Shown piece after piece: positions 1-12,927 of a stretch of DNA of 64,000 nucleotides. How positions within the stretch are numbered: the stretch's first letter is position 1; each line of letters opens with the position of its first letter. The DNA is from Phoronis australis. Its lineage: Eukaryota; Animalia; Phoronida. The translations under genes were made by a program, and so were the position numbers. Location of the stretch: NCBI GenBank assembly GCA_002633005.1, contig NMRA01000418.1, positions 340,878-404,877 on the forward strand, written 5' to 3'. The notes under the pieces were generated by a model. It searched no databases. It saw nothing but the letters and a program-made list of their open reading frames with translations, and was not told the origin of the DNA.

Positions 1-1095
1 CTTAACATTTATCTTGTCTCAACTGTTGCTGTATTCATTTGCATTTACAACTAACTGGAGGTGACACAAACGGTGTGGATAGTAGATCACTAAATTAATC
101 GCAGCACATTTTTTCAGGAGGAGAATGATCCTTCCATCCAGGTGAACCTGATGTTTTTCACCCAAATAAGTTATTATTCGTTAAACAATCTTGAAAATGG
201 AAGTCGTAATCATCAGAGCCAGGCAAAAATTATTGTAATGGTCGTGCTGACCTAGAAAAACTCAGGATATGAATTCTGTATAGATGGCGTGTCTCTGGAA
301 TCTGAAGTTCTTACATGAAACAACTATTTGGTGGCCATCTTAGAAAATGGTGAAAGGAATCATTGAGTCTCAATGGATTAGTCGACCCAGAAAACTTGCA
401 ATGTTTGAAGCAAGACGGCATACTAATCTGTTTGTGCGAAGTTGTGCGACTCTAAATAGTTTTGGAGGCAATCTTGGTAAATGGCGGACGGTGTCACCAC
501 AGTCATGCAAAACTACTTCCAATGAATTTGTTGACCGAGAAAAGATAGGTAAACCTTTTTGAATTTATAATCTATCGCATTCCATTCTCGTGTTATAATG
601 GTCTTGTGAAAATCTGGCGGCCATTTTGTCCGCCATTTTGGAAATGGTGGAAGTATTCATTAGAGCCAAATGCCATCAATCTCAATGGATTAGTCGACCC
701 AAAAAGGCTACGATGCAATATTTGAAGCAAGACGACACACTAATCTGTTCGTGCAAAGTTGTGCGACTCGAAGTACTATTGTACTTTTGGCGGCCATCTT
801 GGAAAATGGTAGACGGCGTAACCACAACAATGCAAAACTATTTTCAATGAATTTGTTGACCCATGAAAGATAGGTAAACCTTTTTGAATTATTACTCTAT
901 CACATGCCACTCTCGAGTTATAATGGTCATCTGTAATGCTGGCGGCCATTTTGTCCGCCATCTTGAAAAACCAACTTCCGCCACTCCGATTCAGGTAGAC
1001 TTTTTTTTCACACTAAGGGGTGTGAGGGGATACGATTTATGCAGTAAAACCTTCTGTTGCATTTTTTCCGGGACATCCGTAGAATGACTGGACTA
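1..1095 (+). mobile_element. 3' end/TIR of the paralogous Academ copy, with ~310-bp subterminal tandem repeats
   Basis: Homologous to 51301-52434 and ends gaatgactggacta. Internal repeat units at roughly 330-630 and 630-960. Confidence 0.75.
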
Positions 1096-2512
1096 AAAGT
1101 ATTTTTGCCGTGTCTGTAGTCGGCTGCGGCTCACCACCAGAATTATTGTTACGTATTTTCGGTAATAAATCCGCATTTTTGGCAAAAAAACATAATTAAG
1201 TTTCAAATCTGAGGTTTGCGTTACGCACGCGCGTAGAGGAATGAGTATTCCGATTGAGTGAATAGGATACAGCCGTGTCGTTATCAGGTTGACTGTGGCA
1301 AAGCAACATTTACATACATGTAGTCCAGCTCTCTTATTGTCTGCTTTCATCTGATAAGCTTAAGCAATCCAGCAATAATGTTGTAAACAGCACACTCGCT
1401 AACCGCTATTTAAAATACTATTTGCAAACGACTTTCAACAATGTCGTCAAGCACATGTGTTTTGTATGAAATGCTTTCACCAAAAAACTTCGAATGGAGA
1501 AAAAAGGTCGACTTTCAGAAAATTCAGACTTAACTTTCATTTGTCAATCCCTTTGATTTGGCCTCTTTAGCAGATCTTGACTAATACATCTTTTTCATGA
1601 AGCGGGGTTTTGTTATCCTCTTACCCTTCCCAACAATTTGAAGAAAGATTAAGGACTCTTGACAAAATCTGGACACTCACCAAGCGTAACCAGGGACTTT
1701 GAAACTGAACGACTGGAGACTTTAGGGACTGTGACAGCAGGGTGTACCATAGAGTCATACATGTACTTGCGGGCATCACATCGTACGCCTGAACCAACTT
1801 AAGACGCATGTATTCGAACCCATAAATTAAATATACTCACAAAAACATGGCGCACATATCACAACAATCACACGTCCGACCACAGATATAGTCGCAAGAA
1901 CATCGGATCCCACACACGGTAATGTTATCCTCTGGTGGTTCGTGCTTATGGTTCAGATGCTCTAACGTATGATTTGCGATCACATGAGTCATTTTTTGGG
2001 TTCGTAGGTGTTGAGTGATATCATAGTTACATTTTTAGTTTCCAATAAATGGCGCTCGCCTACATACTTAAGTGCTCTACTCAAAATGCTGATTTCGCAT
2101 ACACAAAATCATTTATCGCAACAGTATGCACGATTCATGGGTTTGTATGCACGTTTCCTAGGATTGTAGGTGGTTCATGCTTAAGACGCGATGCTCCTCC
2201 TCCTACGGCACCCTGGATTCAAAGGCCAATTTTGGCCTGTTAACATATCTTAACTGCTCTCCAACGGCTGTAGAATTTTCATGAGGGAATATATTGTTAC
2301 CTTGTTAGAGCATATTACGGGCAACTCGGAAATCTGTGGACGACCAGTCGACGACCGATCGTGTAGCCGAGCGGCAGCCAACAATAAAGGTTTGCTAAGA
2401 GTCGTCAGCTGAGTCACCTCATCAGTTGGCAATTGAGTCAGCAAACAGGTCGCTTAGTTGAGACGACAAAGTCAAACTACGGGTATCCCAAGTTGGCAAT
2501 TACTAGCTTCAA

Positions 2513-5500
2513 TGTCATGTTTTTCCCCGCGTGTGGGTGGGCACGTGTGCTCGCCAACCGTCACATTTCCCTCTGCGTGGTTGGCGCGTGTTGTCACCCG
2601 CCGGTGCTAATATCTTTCAATGCGACGATAGATTGAACCCTTGTTCGAGTTAATTACTTGTTCTGTGCTCCACCCAGAATCCTTGACTTGTAATGAACTT
2701 ACACTCGATGATTCAAATAACCTGCTTTCTTTGTGACTGGCTCTCTATTGACTGTCGTTGAAAGTTATAATTGTCTTCACTCTCTCTTGTAGCTAACTTA
2801 CAACTTTTAACTGACCTTTACAAACTCGTGGTAATAGACTCATGCAATGTTCACATTCCAGAGCTTTCCGGTATCTAAGCAATCATTCTACAAGGATATA
2901 CATGTACTATGCTCGAGAATGTTCCGGATTACCTTAATTAATGACATGCTATAACCTTACCGAATTGTCCACACTATTGTGTTTTGTTTTGACCTCAGGG
3001 GTCATGCCAGTCAATAAATATCTGCCAGAACACAAAATAGAACAACATAATAAAACTAACAGACTCGGACCATTGCTGACAGCAGACCTTTGCCGAAGAG
3101 AAAAATGCTCATTAATTTTATAACCATCATCTGGTACAGATATATTACCTTCAGCTTCTGAGTCCTTCTCTAAATTAAGTGCTACCTGTCTTGGCTCCCT
3201 TAGTCGACCAAAATAATCTTCTCCAACGTTAGACAATCCCGGGATATCTTTCACATGGAATATATAATTCTGCAGGCCATAGCACATCGCACAACTCTAG
3301 TTCTTTCAATCTAGCAGGGCTTTCCCGCATAGATAAATCTTGGACACTGTAGATTTCTTTGTAATTCTTATGCCAAGCTCTAAACCGCCCTAATCAAAAT
3401 GGGTGTCTTCAGTAGTCTCACATTCTTCCATTAACACGCGCCGATCACTCCATCTTTGTCTGCGATGTTGTCAGCCAAGTAAAACGCCTTCAACAGATTG
3501 GCATAAAAGATCTTAATTTTGCCTTTCATGTTGATTCTGTAGTCCATGCGGTTGACTACTTTTGTAACTTCGTATGACCACTTCTACTGCATTGCAAGCT
3601 TGTTGTGGTCTGAGGGAAATTATTCCAAAATTCTTTGTCCCAGTTGGAATTGCCTACATGTACATGTACCTCTGGCCTTCTTGTCGTAGTAATTCTTGGA
3701 AATACCCTATATAATTTTTTTCTACCTAACTCGCGGTTCCTAAACTCGAAGACATAGTGGAAAGTATTTCGGACTTTGTTGTTGTCTTACCCAGTCTGAG
3801 GTTTGTTCGGATCATGCATCGGATTTTTCAGTGTTCTTCCGTATAGCAACTCTAAGGGTGACAGTCCTGCGCTTGATTAGAGAATTCCAAGGTAAGCAAA
3901 CAGGGCAGCCAGTGATCATTCTTGACACATCTCCTTCATCATGGCTTTCAGTACACCGTTTATTCTCTGTCACGTTTTCCCCGTGTGTGGGTGGGCGCTG
4001 GTTGTTACAGACCGGTGCTAATAGCTTTCGGTGTGAAGATTGACTGAAGACTGGTTCAAGTTAATCCTTTATTAATCCCGACCGTACGTTCACAAGCCTA
4101 CTCAAACAAAACGTCCGACGTAATGTCTGTTTTATGCTCCAGCCAGTGCTGCGAAGCCTTGACTTGTATTGAACTTCTGAGATACTTCCAGCAACTGTCA
4201 CACTCGTTGGTTCAATAACCTGCCGTCTCTATAGCTGGCTCTCTATTGACTAACGCTGTAACTGCTGAATCTCTTCACTGCAACTCAACTGTAGTTCTCC
4301 TGATTAACTTGCTTGAACTTACTTGATCTCTCGACTTGATCTTCTTGGACTCAACCGACTAACACAAACACGTGCTTGTGAATGTGTAGCCTAATGCATT
4401 GTTCTAGAACTTTCCTGAATCTACCCAACCATTCTACAAACATGTACTAGTCTCTAGAATATTCCAGACTGCATTAATCGCTGTAATGCTAGAGTCTTCT
4501 AGAAAGTTCCACACTATACTGTAGTAAACAAATTAGATCATCACTGTTCTGACCTCAGTCTTCTAGAAAGTTCCACACTATTTTGTAGTAAACAAATTAC
4601 ATCATCACTGTACTTAACTCAGGGGTCATGCCAATCAAACAGAATAACAAAACAAAACAATGCAACTAAAAATACTGTCAGACTATATTCTGACATTCTC
4701 TTGCAACGTTGCTTGTAAAGTGTCGTATACAGCCGATGTGCAATAACTGACTTCCTTCATCAATGCCGCTGTCAACTGCGTTCTACGATCACTCAGGATC
4801 TCTGGTGGGAGCCCTACTGTATTGAAGACCATTAACAATGCTTCAAATACACGCTGTCTCAATATTTGGTTGCACTACAGCTTCCGGGTACCTGGTGGCA
4901 AATAGTGCCACCGTGAGAATGTATTTGTTTCCCTTGTCGGAAACTGGAGCAATAGGGCTAAGCAGAACAATGGCGATAGTCCTGGAAGACTCCTGCATCA
5001 AAGGCATCTCTCCCGCCGGTATCTTGGCTTCTCGACCTTTCAGGAATCGTCTTCTGACAGGTGTCGCATGATCTGCACAATTGGGCCATTTCTGGTGCCA
5101 CTCCTGGCCAATAGAAGTTGCTGGTAACAGTTGTCTTTCTAACACCGAGATGTCCACCGAGTACAGGTAAGCCCCTTCACGGACTTTCGTAAATTACTCG
5201 ACAGGACAACTTGTGTCACTTCATCACTGTCTTTATTCTTGAACACTTGATAGAGAATTCGTCTCTGGTCTTAAACAACCTATGGCTTCTTTCCTTGGAT
5301 ATGTCGTTGAGCCTTGACTTCAGCTTGTACAAAGCTTTTTTATTGATGGTCGGAGATGCATCTTGTGGTTTAAAGTCCGCTTTGTGTTGCTCTGCCTGAG
5401 CCCCGGTAGTCACTGCGACCGCTTTCCTGCTAGAGTCACCAGGATCCGTTCCTACTGAAAAATCAGTCATCTTCTGTCCCTCTGCAGTTCAGGTCACTGG

Positions 5501-5520
5501 GTTCTTCTCTCGAGAAGTAG
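2513..5520 (-). mobile_element. Decayed Ty3/Gypsy (Gmr1-like) LTR retrotransposon, copy A
   Basis: LTR 2513-3081 (TGTCA...TGACA). Integrase core GNKYILTV...ATRYPEA (4843-5157). RNase H C-terminal remnant LQNYIFHVKDIPGLSNVGEDYFGRL (~3200-3287). Confidence 0.8.
3968..4695. mobile_element. Solo LTR of a related Gypsy family, 5-bp TSD
   Basis: TGTCA...TGACA termini flanked by TTCTC at 3963-3967 and 4696-4700. Similar to the 2513 LTR. The site is empty in copy B (~56043). Confidence 0.9.
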
Positions 5521-8420
5521 TGCCGACGTATTTACTAACTCTCTTATGTCACTATAATAAATCAATATTAATGAAAATACAGGAAGCCAAACAAGCCATC
5601 GAAATTTTTGTTGTTCATTATCCAGTGGCCACTCCAGTCTTAAACCCACGAAATATCAACTTCCTCTCGACTATTGAACATCGCATAATAGAATGTATTT
5701 TTAATGTCATGAAATTAGAACAAAGTACTCGTTCTTGCGGCATTACAAACGTAGTGGTAAAATCAATCGAATTATCTTGCAGCGTTTGAAGTCCGCCCAA
5801 GGGGTTGATATTCACAAAAATCCCTTCAGTGTTAAACTCACCCATCTTAATTACTGCGTTTTCTTCAATGGCGTTAAAATCAAGCATCTTGATTCAAAGA
5901 AGATTACCATATCAACATTCAGTTCTACGATACAGTCATACATGTATCTGTCATTTTGGAGCTTTTGAGCTTGAGAACGTGTGTGATTTCACAATAAAAA
6001 TTTAACGACGTCACTTTTGGATCAAAATCCAAATGCCTCTTTTAAACGAAATTATGGAAAAACTAATGTCATGACATTCGCTTAGTTTCTCATATTAAAA
6101 GTACATAAAAGATGACATGTCAAACATTAAAATATGAAAATAAGTCGCATGAGTACCGAATCTGAATCAATGTCCCGAGACTGGGGCTGAGAGTATTGCC
6201 TCCCATTCAGTACCTGATAATTCACCAAACCACTGCATCTTAATAAGTTGAGCAGTTCTAAAAAGTTATGGTTGTAAAGAGTGTAAAAGTTTGCGTAAAG
6301 GAATCGTGGAAAAGCACATTGATGAAACTTTGGCAAGAACATGCCACGGAGTGTCAAGAGACTACAAATTTCGAAAGACGAGAAATCATATAACATAGAT
6401 TGTATTTCTGGATTGAAGGTGCGTCACTGTAAGAATGAAGTAGAGCAATGGCCCCTCGGTGCACGGAATCTTCTGAATTAATGGCTCGCTGATATCCTAG
6501 TTTCCTAATTTCTTGAAGCATTTCCTAAGCACTTGAAATCAGTGTTTCAAAAATCAGAGAATAGTTCAAACAGGATAACATACTGCTGCACAACTGATGT
6601 GCGCTGTTTTCCATAAAATTGACCACAGGACTGAACTTACTCTTAAAAAAAGGAAATTCGGAAGAAATATACAGTTTTGAGCAGCAGGTCGACTTTTGTT
6701 GGTAAAAATGTCGCTGTTAATTTTTGACGTGGCCAAGCGACATGTGTGACTCGGTCGTAACGTTAATAGGTGGGTGTTGAAAGTTTTCTACTGTACATGT
6801 ACTGCTGCAACTCTAGCTTAAAAACCAACTATTAAACAATTTGCGATTTAACACAACATGCGAATCTTGTTGATAAAAACTCTACTCTGAACACCAGTGA
6901 AGTTCCATGAGTTTACCTTCTTTGATAACAAGGCAAAGGAAGGTGGAACCTGCAAATTTCCTGTAGGTAATTAAGCTAAGAGACGTGCCTTTCTGATCGT
7001 GACAAATTGAAGCCAACATTCACGTAGTTCTCTTTATATAGGTCTGTTAATATTTTGAATTCTTTGCCATCACTTCTTGAAACAACACATTCCACGTATG
7101 GATCCAGATGGCGACGGATCGCCTTGCTCTGCAATGTTTGTGTTGCACCGATATGCCCATATAGCGGCCCTAGGTATGTCCATTAGCATCTTCCAAGATT
7201 TTGATTCTTAGAATTGAAACTACATGTTTATTAAAAGTGAGTCTAGAAGGGGAGTTGAAATATACCGTGAGCTTGTCGTTACAAACTTACTTCTTTTTGG
7301 AACTCCGCATAAATGGAAGTGTTAATTTTGCACCACATTGATCTAAACCCGTTCTGTATCACAACTGGGGCAACAATTTCAAATAAATATTGTTATTATA
7401 TTCGGCTGTATCTTTTTAGCTCATTGACGAAACTTGATGAGAATTGGCAAACTGGAAGCAGTTACAGAGGTGACGGTGACTTTCTGTTTTGGGGTTGATA
7501 CGCCATATCTTTGCAACCTGTTTGTCATTTGTACGATTTGTGAGTACTTTTTACCCACATGTATTTATCTGCAAAACCACTCAAATAATCATGCAGATCG
7601 TTAGATGTGCTCCTAAAAGAACACGACAGGCATTTGTATTCGGACACTTCAGACCATCCCACCCGTAGTAGCAGTTGCGTCGGGAGTTGAATCGTTAACC
7701 TTTGGGAGGCTCTTTGTGAAATCTCGTACATGTACGTACATTGGTTATCCGAGCCACCAAAGTACAAGTTTCAGTCTATTTTGCAATTTACTTATTTTGT
7801 TGTTGAAAACAAAAGGTTTGGAGACGGCTAATATTACCCACTGCGTTCTAGGGTTCCAGCAGCAAAATTAGAGGTCATTGAGTGCATAAAATATGACATA
7901 TTTTATATTTGTTAGGACTCATGCCCACGTACTAATAACGAAGTTGTTTTGAATTTTCACGAAAACACTGATTTTTGAAAATTTTTCGTTTTTATAAGGG
8001 GTGCCTCTTGACCAAACCCTAAAATTACCAGGTCACAGGTTTAATTGTGTTTCAGAGGCAGAGAATCACTTTTAATGTTGCAATATTGTCTGTTTATGGC
8101 GTTTCAAGCCTCTGATCAACTTCCGTCGTAATTCTCAACGAGTTTTGTAGTTTTCAGACCAATACAGCTTTTTCAACATCAGCACCTTGAATCAATATTT
8201 AGGGAGCCCAAATGAATGAGCTTAGAGCACAATTACCGTGGTATACCCGAATTTCAAATTTACTTCATCACCCAAACATGCAGGCACCTACCTGCTTTCC
8301 TGTAATTCACGGCGTATTAAATTTGAATGCCTGTACTTACACACTTATATGGGTTACACATGTACATACAGTACATTAATACTTACATAGTACTTAAATA
8401 CACAAATACATAGTACATGC

Positions 8421-8426
<6 letters not shown>

Positions 8427-8464
<38 letters not shown>

Positions 8465-8472
8465 TTGTGTGT
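8427..8472. repeat. (GT)n microsatellite
   Basis: Direct observation. A more degenerate paralogous tract is at ~60388-60446. Confidence 0.95.
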
Positions 8473-9911
8473 ACTATTTTTGACGCCCACATATAATGCT
8501 TTGAACGTCTTTCAATACCCAATTCTTATTATTGTACATTGTAGCCCGCTTCTCATACATTGTATAGTTCCTCGGGTCAATGAAGTAATTAAATCTCCAA
8601 TTCTACAAAACACCAAAACAACCCACCGCAAAAGCTACATGTATCTAGCTGTATGTTACAAGGATGGTTAACCGGTTTTGTCGATTGCAACCAATTCTCG
8701 TTCTGTCACCTGCAATTGCATCTTAGCGGTCCCTATGGCTATTTGAAGTATGATTTAACTAATAACTGTGGTTTTTATCAGAGGTTATATATTATGGTTC
8801 TAGCTGGGTGATCTTTCCCTACAGTAAGTTGTTTAAAGCGTAGGTCACGTTTGCCGACTTTGTACTGAGACCTAAAAATTATTTTCCAACTGTTGAGGAT
8901 TGTGATGATTTCAGAGATTTATTTTATTTCTGAAAAACGAAGGGGAAAGTCGTTGTTAAGTATCAGGCAATAGGCCGAAACTGAGATTGGTATACTTTTG
9001 CTGATCTCGAGTAATGCTCTATTGGTCGATACATCTTACACTGAATAGATTAAACAAATTACAACGTAATTCGTCCTCCACTGAGGTTAGTCGTGATATA
9101 TCGCTGCTAATTTTTCCATGAATTGTGCTATATAATAAACAAAATCGTTGCTTGTGTGGTGGTTGTGACAAATCGGTAACTGACCAAGATGACTCTATTC
9201 AATTTTCAGTTTTACAAAGACACAAGATCAAACCTAACAAGTGCCGATCCAGGATTTTTAAAGTGGTAGAGGTCAGAGCAAGGGAGTTTTAGAAGGGGGA
9301 CCAAGTCAACAGGATTTGACATCACTAAGATCAAGGGAAAAAGGCCGGTCCGACCCCTTGACCCCTTTGGATCCTCAAGGTAGTCTTTGGATTCCTCAGA
9401 ATACGACAGGTCAAGCAATGTGTCGTTGTCGTAAGCCCTGCGGGTTTGACTGAAGACGGCATCTTTTGAATCTTTTAACTGAGTTCCACATACATCGGTC
9501 CCCTATTTAATGTTGCCGGGCAGGGACTCCCTTTACCCGCAAAAGAAAACACTAACATGACACAGACATGGACAATTATTATGCTGCGGCTAACTGTGAG
9601 CATGTACTTAATGTTTGCAAGTGTGTTCGGCTCAGAAAAGCTTATAGACCTTCTTCTCAAATGTCTGCACTCATTGCATATCAGTATACCGACAGGATGA
9701 AGGTTTCATAGTAGCACGTCGATAGTTTCTTAGTTGGGAGAATCCAGATCAACGCAGTACGGTGGCTTGAATACTTTAAACCTGGCTTTCCTAAACCCGC
9801 TCCCTGGTCTAACAACACCAGGCTTTCAGACTTTTAAACCACGTTGGTGGATTGCTATTTAGATATAACATTAGACCGGCTTTAGGAAACCAGGTATCAA
9901 TCTTAAACCGG

Positions 9912-10304
9912 GGCGCGGTCTCTAATCTTTGTACTTGAAACGAACTCGAAATTATTTTTGGCAATTTCTCTGCTCCTTTTGTGCGAACTCAAGATAATTG
10001 GTTATAAGACTGTGCTTGAATACATTATAGGTTACGCATATGAGTTTCTAGTCCAAGTTTGCACTTGAAGACCCTTATATTCGTCTACGAACTCGAGTAA
10101 CAACTCGAAGATTCGAGTTCAACTTTTAGCCTTAATGTTGAGTTTATCAATTGCAAACGGTGACTAATAAATTATCAACGTAAGTTATTATGTAATTGAG
10201 TATAGGATAATAGACACTTATCTTGAGTTCGCACAAACGTAAGGTAGAAAATGCCAAACATAGTTTCGAGTTCTATTTCGAGTAAAAAGATTAGAGACTG
10301 GGCC
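9912..10304. mobile_element. Harbinger-like MITE (GGC...GCC TIRs, CWG-type TSD)
   Basis: TIRs ggcgcggtctctaatcttt / aaagattagagactgggcc. The TSD is mutated here (cgg/ctg) but intact in copy B. Confidence 0.7.
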
Positions 10305-12841
10305 CTGGTTTTGTTGAACTACCTTTATGAAACCGCCAAATGGTGAATAAGAAGCAGTGCAAGCAAGAAGCGCGAGAGCATTGTGGAAAGACATTTTGCA
10401 GTGCTATCAATTTTACTAAATAATCCACGAAAACACCAGACGTGCCTCTTTTACGTTTCCTTAGAATCCATGATTGTAAGGATTTTTGTTATTCAATAAT
10501 ATGCTAAATTGTCTTTCATTTTTGTGTTCTGTTCACGGTTGGAAGACGAGTCAATATCAGCCCGGTGCCGCTGTCCTCTGCAGTGCAGGCTACTGCACAG
10601 GCTACGCTCTGCCATTTGCATATACTTCGTCGTACTTCTACTAACATTATATGTGAGCGAGCATCAGAATGGTAAAGTGTTGTGGTAGTGATGAATTGTC
10701 TTACTTTACAAAAACCAGTGGTCTGCAGTGGTAGCAGCCGGGCGTATTCAATAGGGAACATTCAAAATTGTTGGGTGGACATGAAACGCACAGTGACATG
10801 GGAGGTATGAAAGATTATGAGGAACAGTAATTTGTCTTATTAAGAACTGAAACATGACACAACACCACGATGGCCAGTTTGAAGGCAGCTTCATGAGAAT
10901 GAAAGGAAATACATTTCCATACTAATTTAAATACACAATTTCATTCTCAATCGATTATAAGTGGACGTCAGTTAACGAATTTTACCCATTTTCAAAATCC
11001 AGTAATTTTTTTGCGCATTGAACGTCATAAAAATTCGAATTCGTCAGTGTTTGCATACATGTAGTTTTGACTGCGCCGCTAAATTAGTGTTGGTTAATCG
11101 CCGCTTGGGACTCTAGTCCTTCGACCGATAACTATTGCGCGAATGGCAAGATGACGCATTGAACTGTCCTATTCTTCGTACTCTCCTTGGTCGAATCGAA
11201 TCTTCTCATGTCATTCACAACACTTTGACATTGACATAGTTAGCCGCTCATGTTTTTTGCAATATGTTTAGTCTGAAAGGTACATTGTTAGGAAAAAGCT
11301 CTTTGAAACTACGCCATGGATAACTTAATTACTCGGCAGTGTAGGTAGACAGCCACAATGATTAGCATTATGCGAACACTTACGGGTTATTTGATTCGAT
11401 CAGTGAGATGAGCTGACAATTACAGCTAATTGCTGCTCGTTGAATCTATTGTCATGTTTCAAGTTAACACATCGTGCATGTTGGTGACAGCCTTTCCTAC
11501 AGGGACGTTTTCATAAAAGGGAAACTCAAACCTCACATATTTTTGCATGCACAGCAAGCATTTTTAAACGAAGCATTCTTGTTAACTAGCGGTACCAGTA
11601 ACCTTAAATATGAAAATCGTCAACTAGCATTTTTAAATCTAACAAAGAAGTTGACAAGTGGGCGATTTTTGAAAAAACGGACAATTCCGAGTTCGTTTTT
11701 GGAATGTTATGATGTCATCATATCGACTGAACTTGGGAACACTCAGAAAAAGTTTCCGTGTATCAATGAGCCTCAACATTTATGGGTCATTGGATGTATG
11801 TATCTTCCTTATATACATGTACATATACAACGTATTATCTGGGCCCGTTATACGGAATATCGTCATGAAATCTGGAGCTTCTCAAAATCACTCTAAATGG
11901 TGTTTCCATAAAGTTTTACTTCAACTACAAGAGAACAGTGGGTACAACACTTGAAGGAATATCAACATCAACAGCAACCTACAAGAAAACATCTAGCAAA
12001 ATCTTAACAATAACATTTTAAGTGAAGCCAACATCATCAAAAAAAACAAGAACCACGAAAAACTAGTGAAATAACAATCAAAACACTTACAGTTAATTGT
12101 AATAACAACATGTTTATCAAACAATTAGTAATTGAACACCATACCAGCAAAAGATAACAACATGTAAAAAGAAAACCTTGTCCACGAAATTAAAGTTTAA
12201 TGTTCTCAAAACAATACCTATTTTCTTCTGGTCTAGAAAATAATAGGGTTTTACAAAGGCGTGTTTTGTTGTTTCTTTTTTCGACGTACTCGAATACTGT
12301 AAATCAGTTAGAATGTTCAAATGAATAACAAGAAAAATAAATACAGTAAATCTCAATAACTATTAACCGTTCACCAAACAAATAATAAATGAACATTACA
12401 TAAACAAAATATATGATGTATGAAAAACCACTTTACAGGTCACGAAAAATTATCATTAGGTTCTCAAAACATTAAACATAGTGTAGAGCACTAGAACATA
12501 ATACTGTTTTAACATAAAGTACTTCATTGTTTACCTTTGCTACGCTTGCGGACTGATTATCAGTAGGAATGTCCAAATAATTGAGAAGCAAAACAGTAAA
12601 TTTTAATAACAAATAATTAACACCACTGTCAATCAAATAACAATTGAAAGGCATCAAGAATATAAAAATTAATAGCTGGTTTATGTATTAAGTCATTTCG
12701 CAACTAAAACGTTTTTTGTGAATTGCAAAAATAATGTACGGTTTTAACTTTTTGTCCTTTGCGACGGTTGCAGGATATTAAACCAGTTAGAATGTTCCAA
12801 ATAAAAATAGCAAAGAGCCCGTCTGTGGTGAGTTTTGAGCT

Positions 12842-12927
12842 TCAAATGATGGTAGAGATCATCGCCATCACGACAAAGGCTGTCCCGAGTACGATTTTGT
12901 TTGGAATATCGTCGTGTCCAGCCGAAA
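12842..12927 (-). CDS. Exon 8 (terminal): GPI-anchor-like signal VSAGHDDIPNKIVLGTAFVVMAMISTII*
   Basis: Acceptor cctctttttgcag. The phase-1 reading gives small residues (SAG), a polar spacer and a hydrophobic tail ending at TGA, with no cytoplasmic segment. Confidence 0.78.

Larger units (their letters stand above)
1..11880 (+). repeat. Segmental duplication copy A (matches 51301-64000)
   Basis: Collinear, high but imperfect similarity from cttaac...tgtctcaact at 1/51301 to gaaatctggagct at ~11879/64000. Paired ORFs such as 6127/58462 and 9212/61210. Confidence 0.97.

Noticed and set aside
347-1087. Cluster of similar short ORFs repeated at 51588-52443
   Set aside because: They lie in the non-coding subterminal tandem repeats of the Academ TIR.
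11474-11896. 140-aa plus-strand ORF
   Set aside because: No recognisable motif, and it is frameshifted in the paralogous copy (63537-63821).
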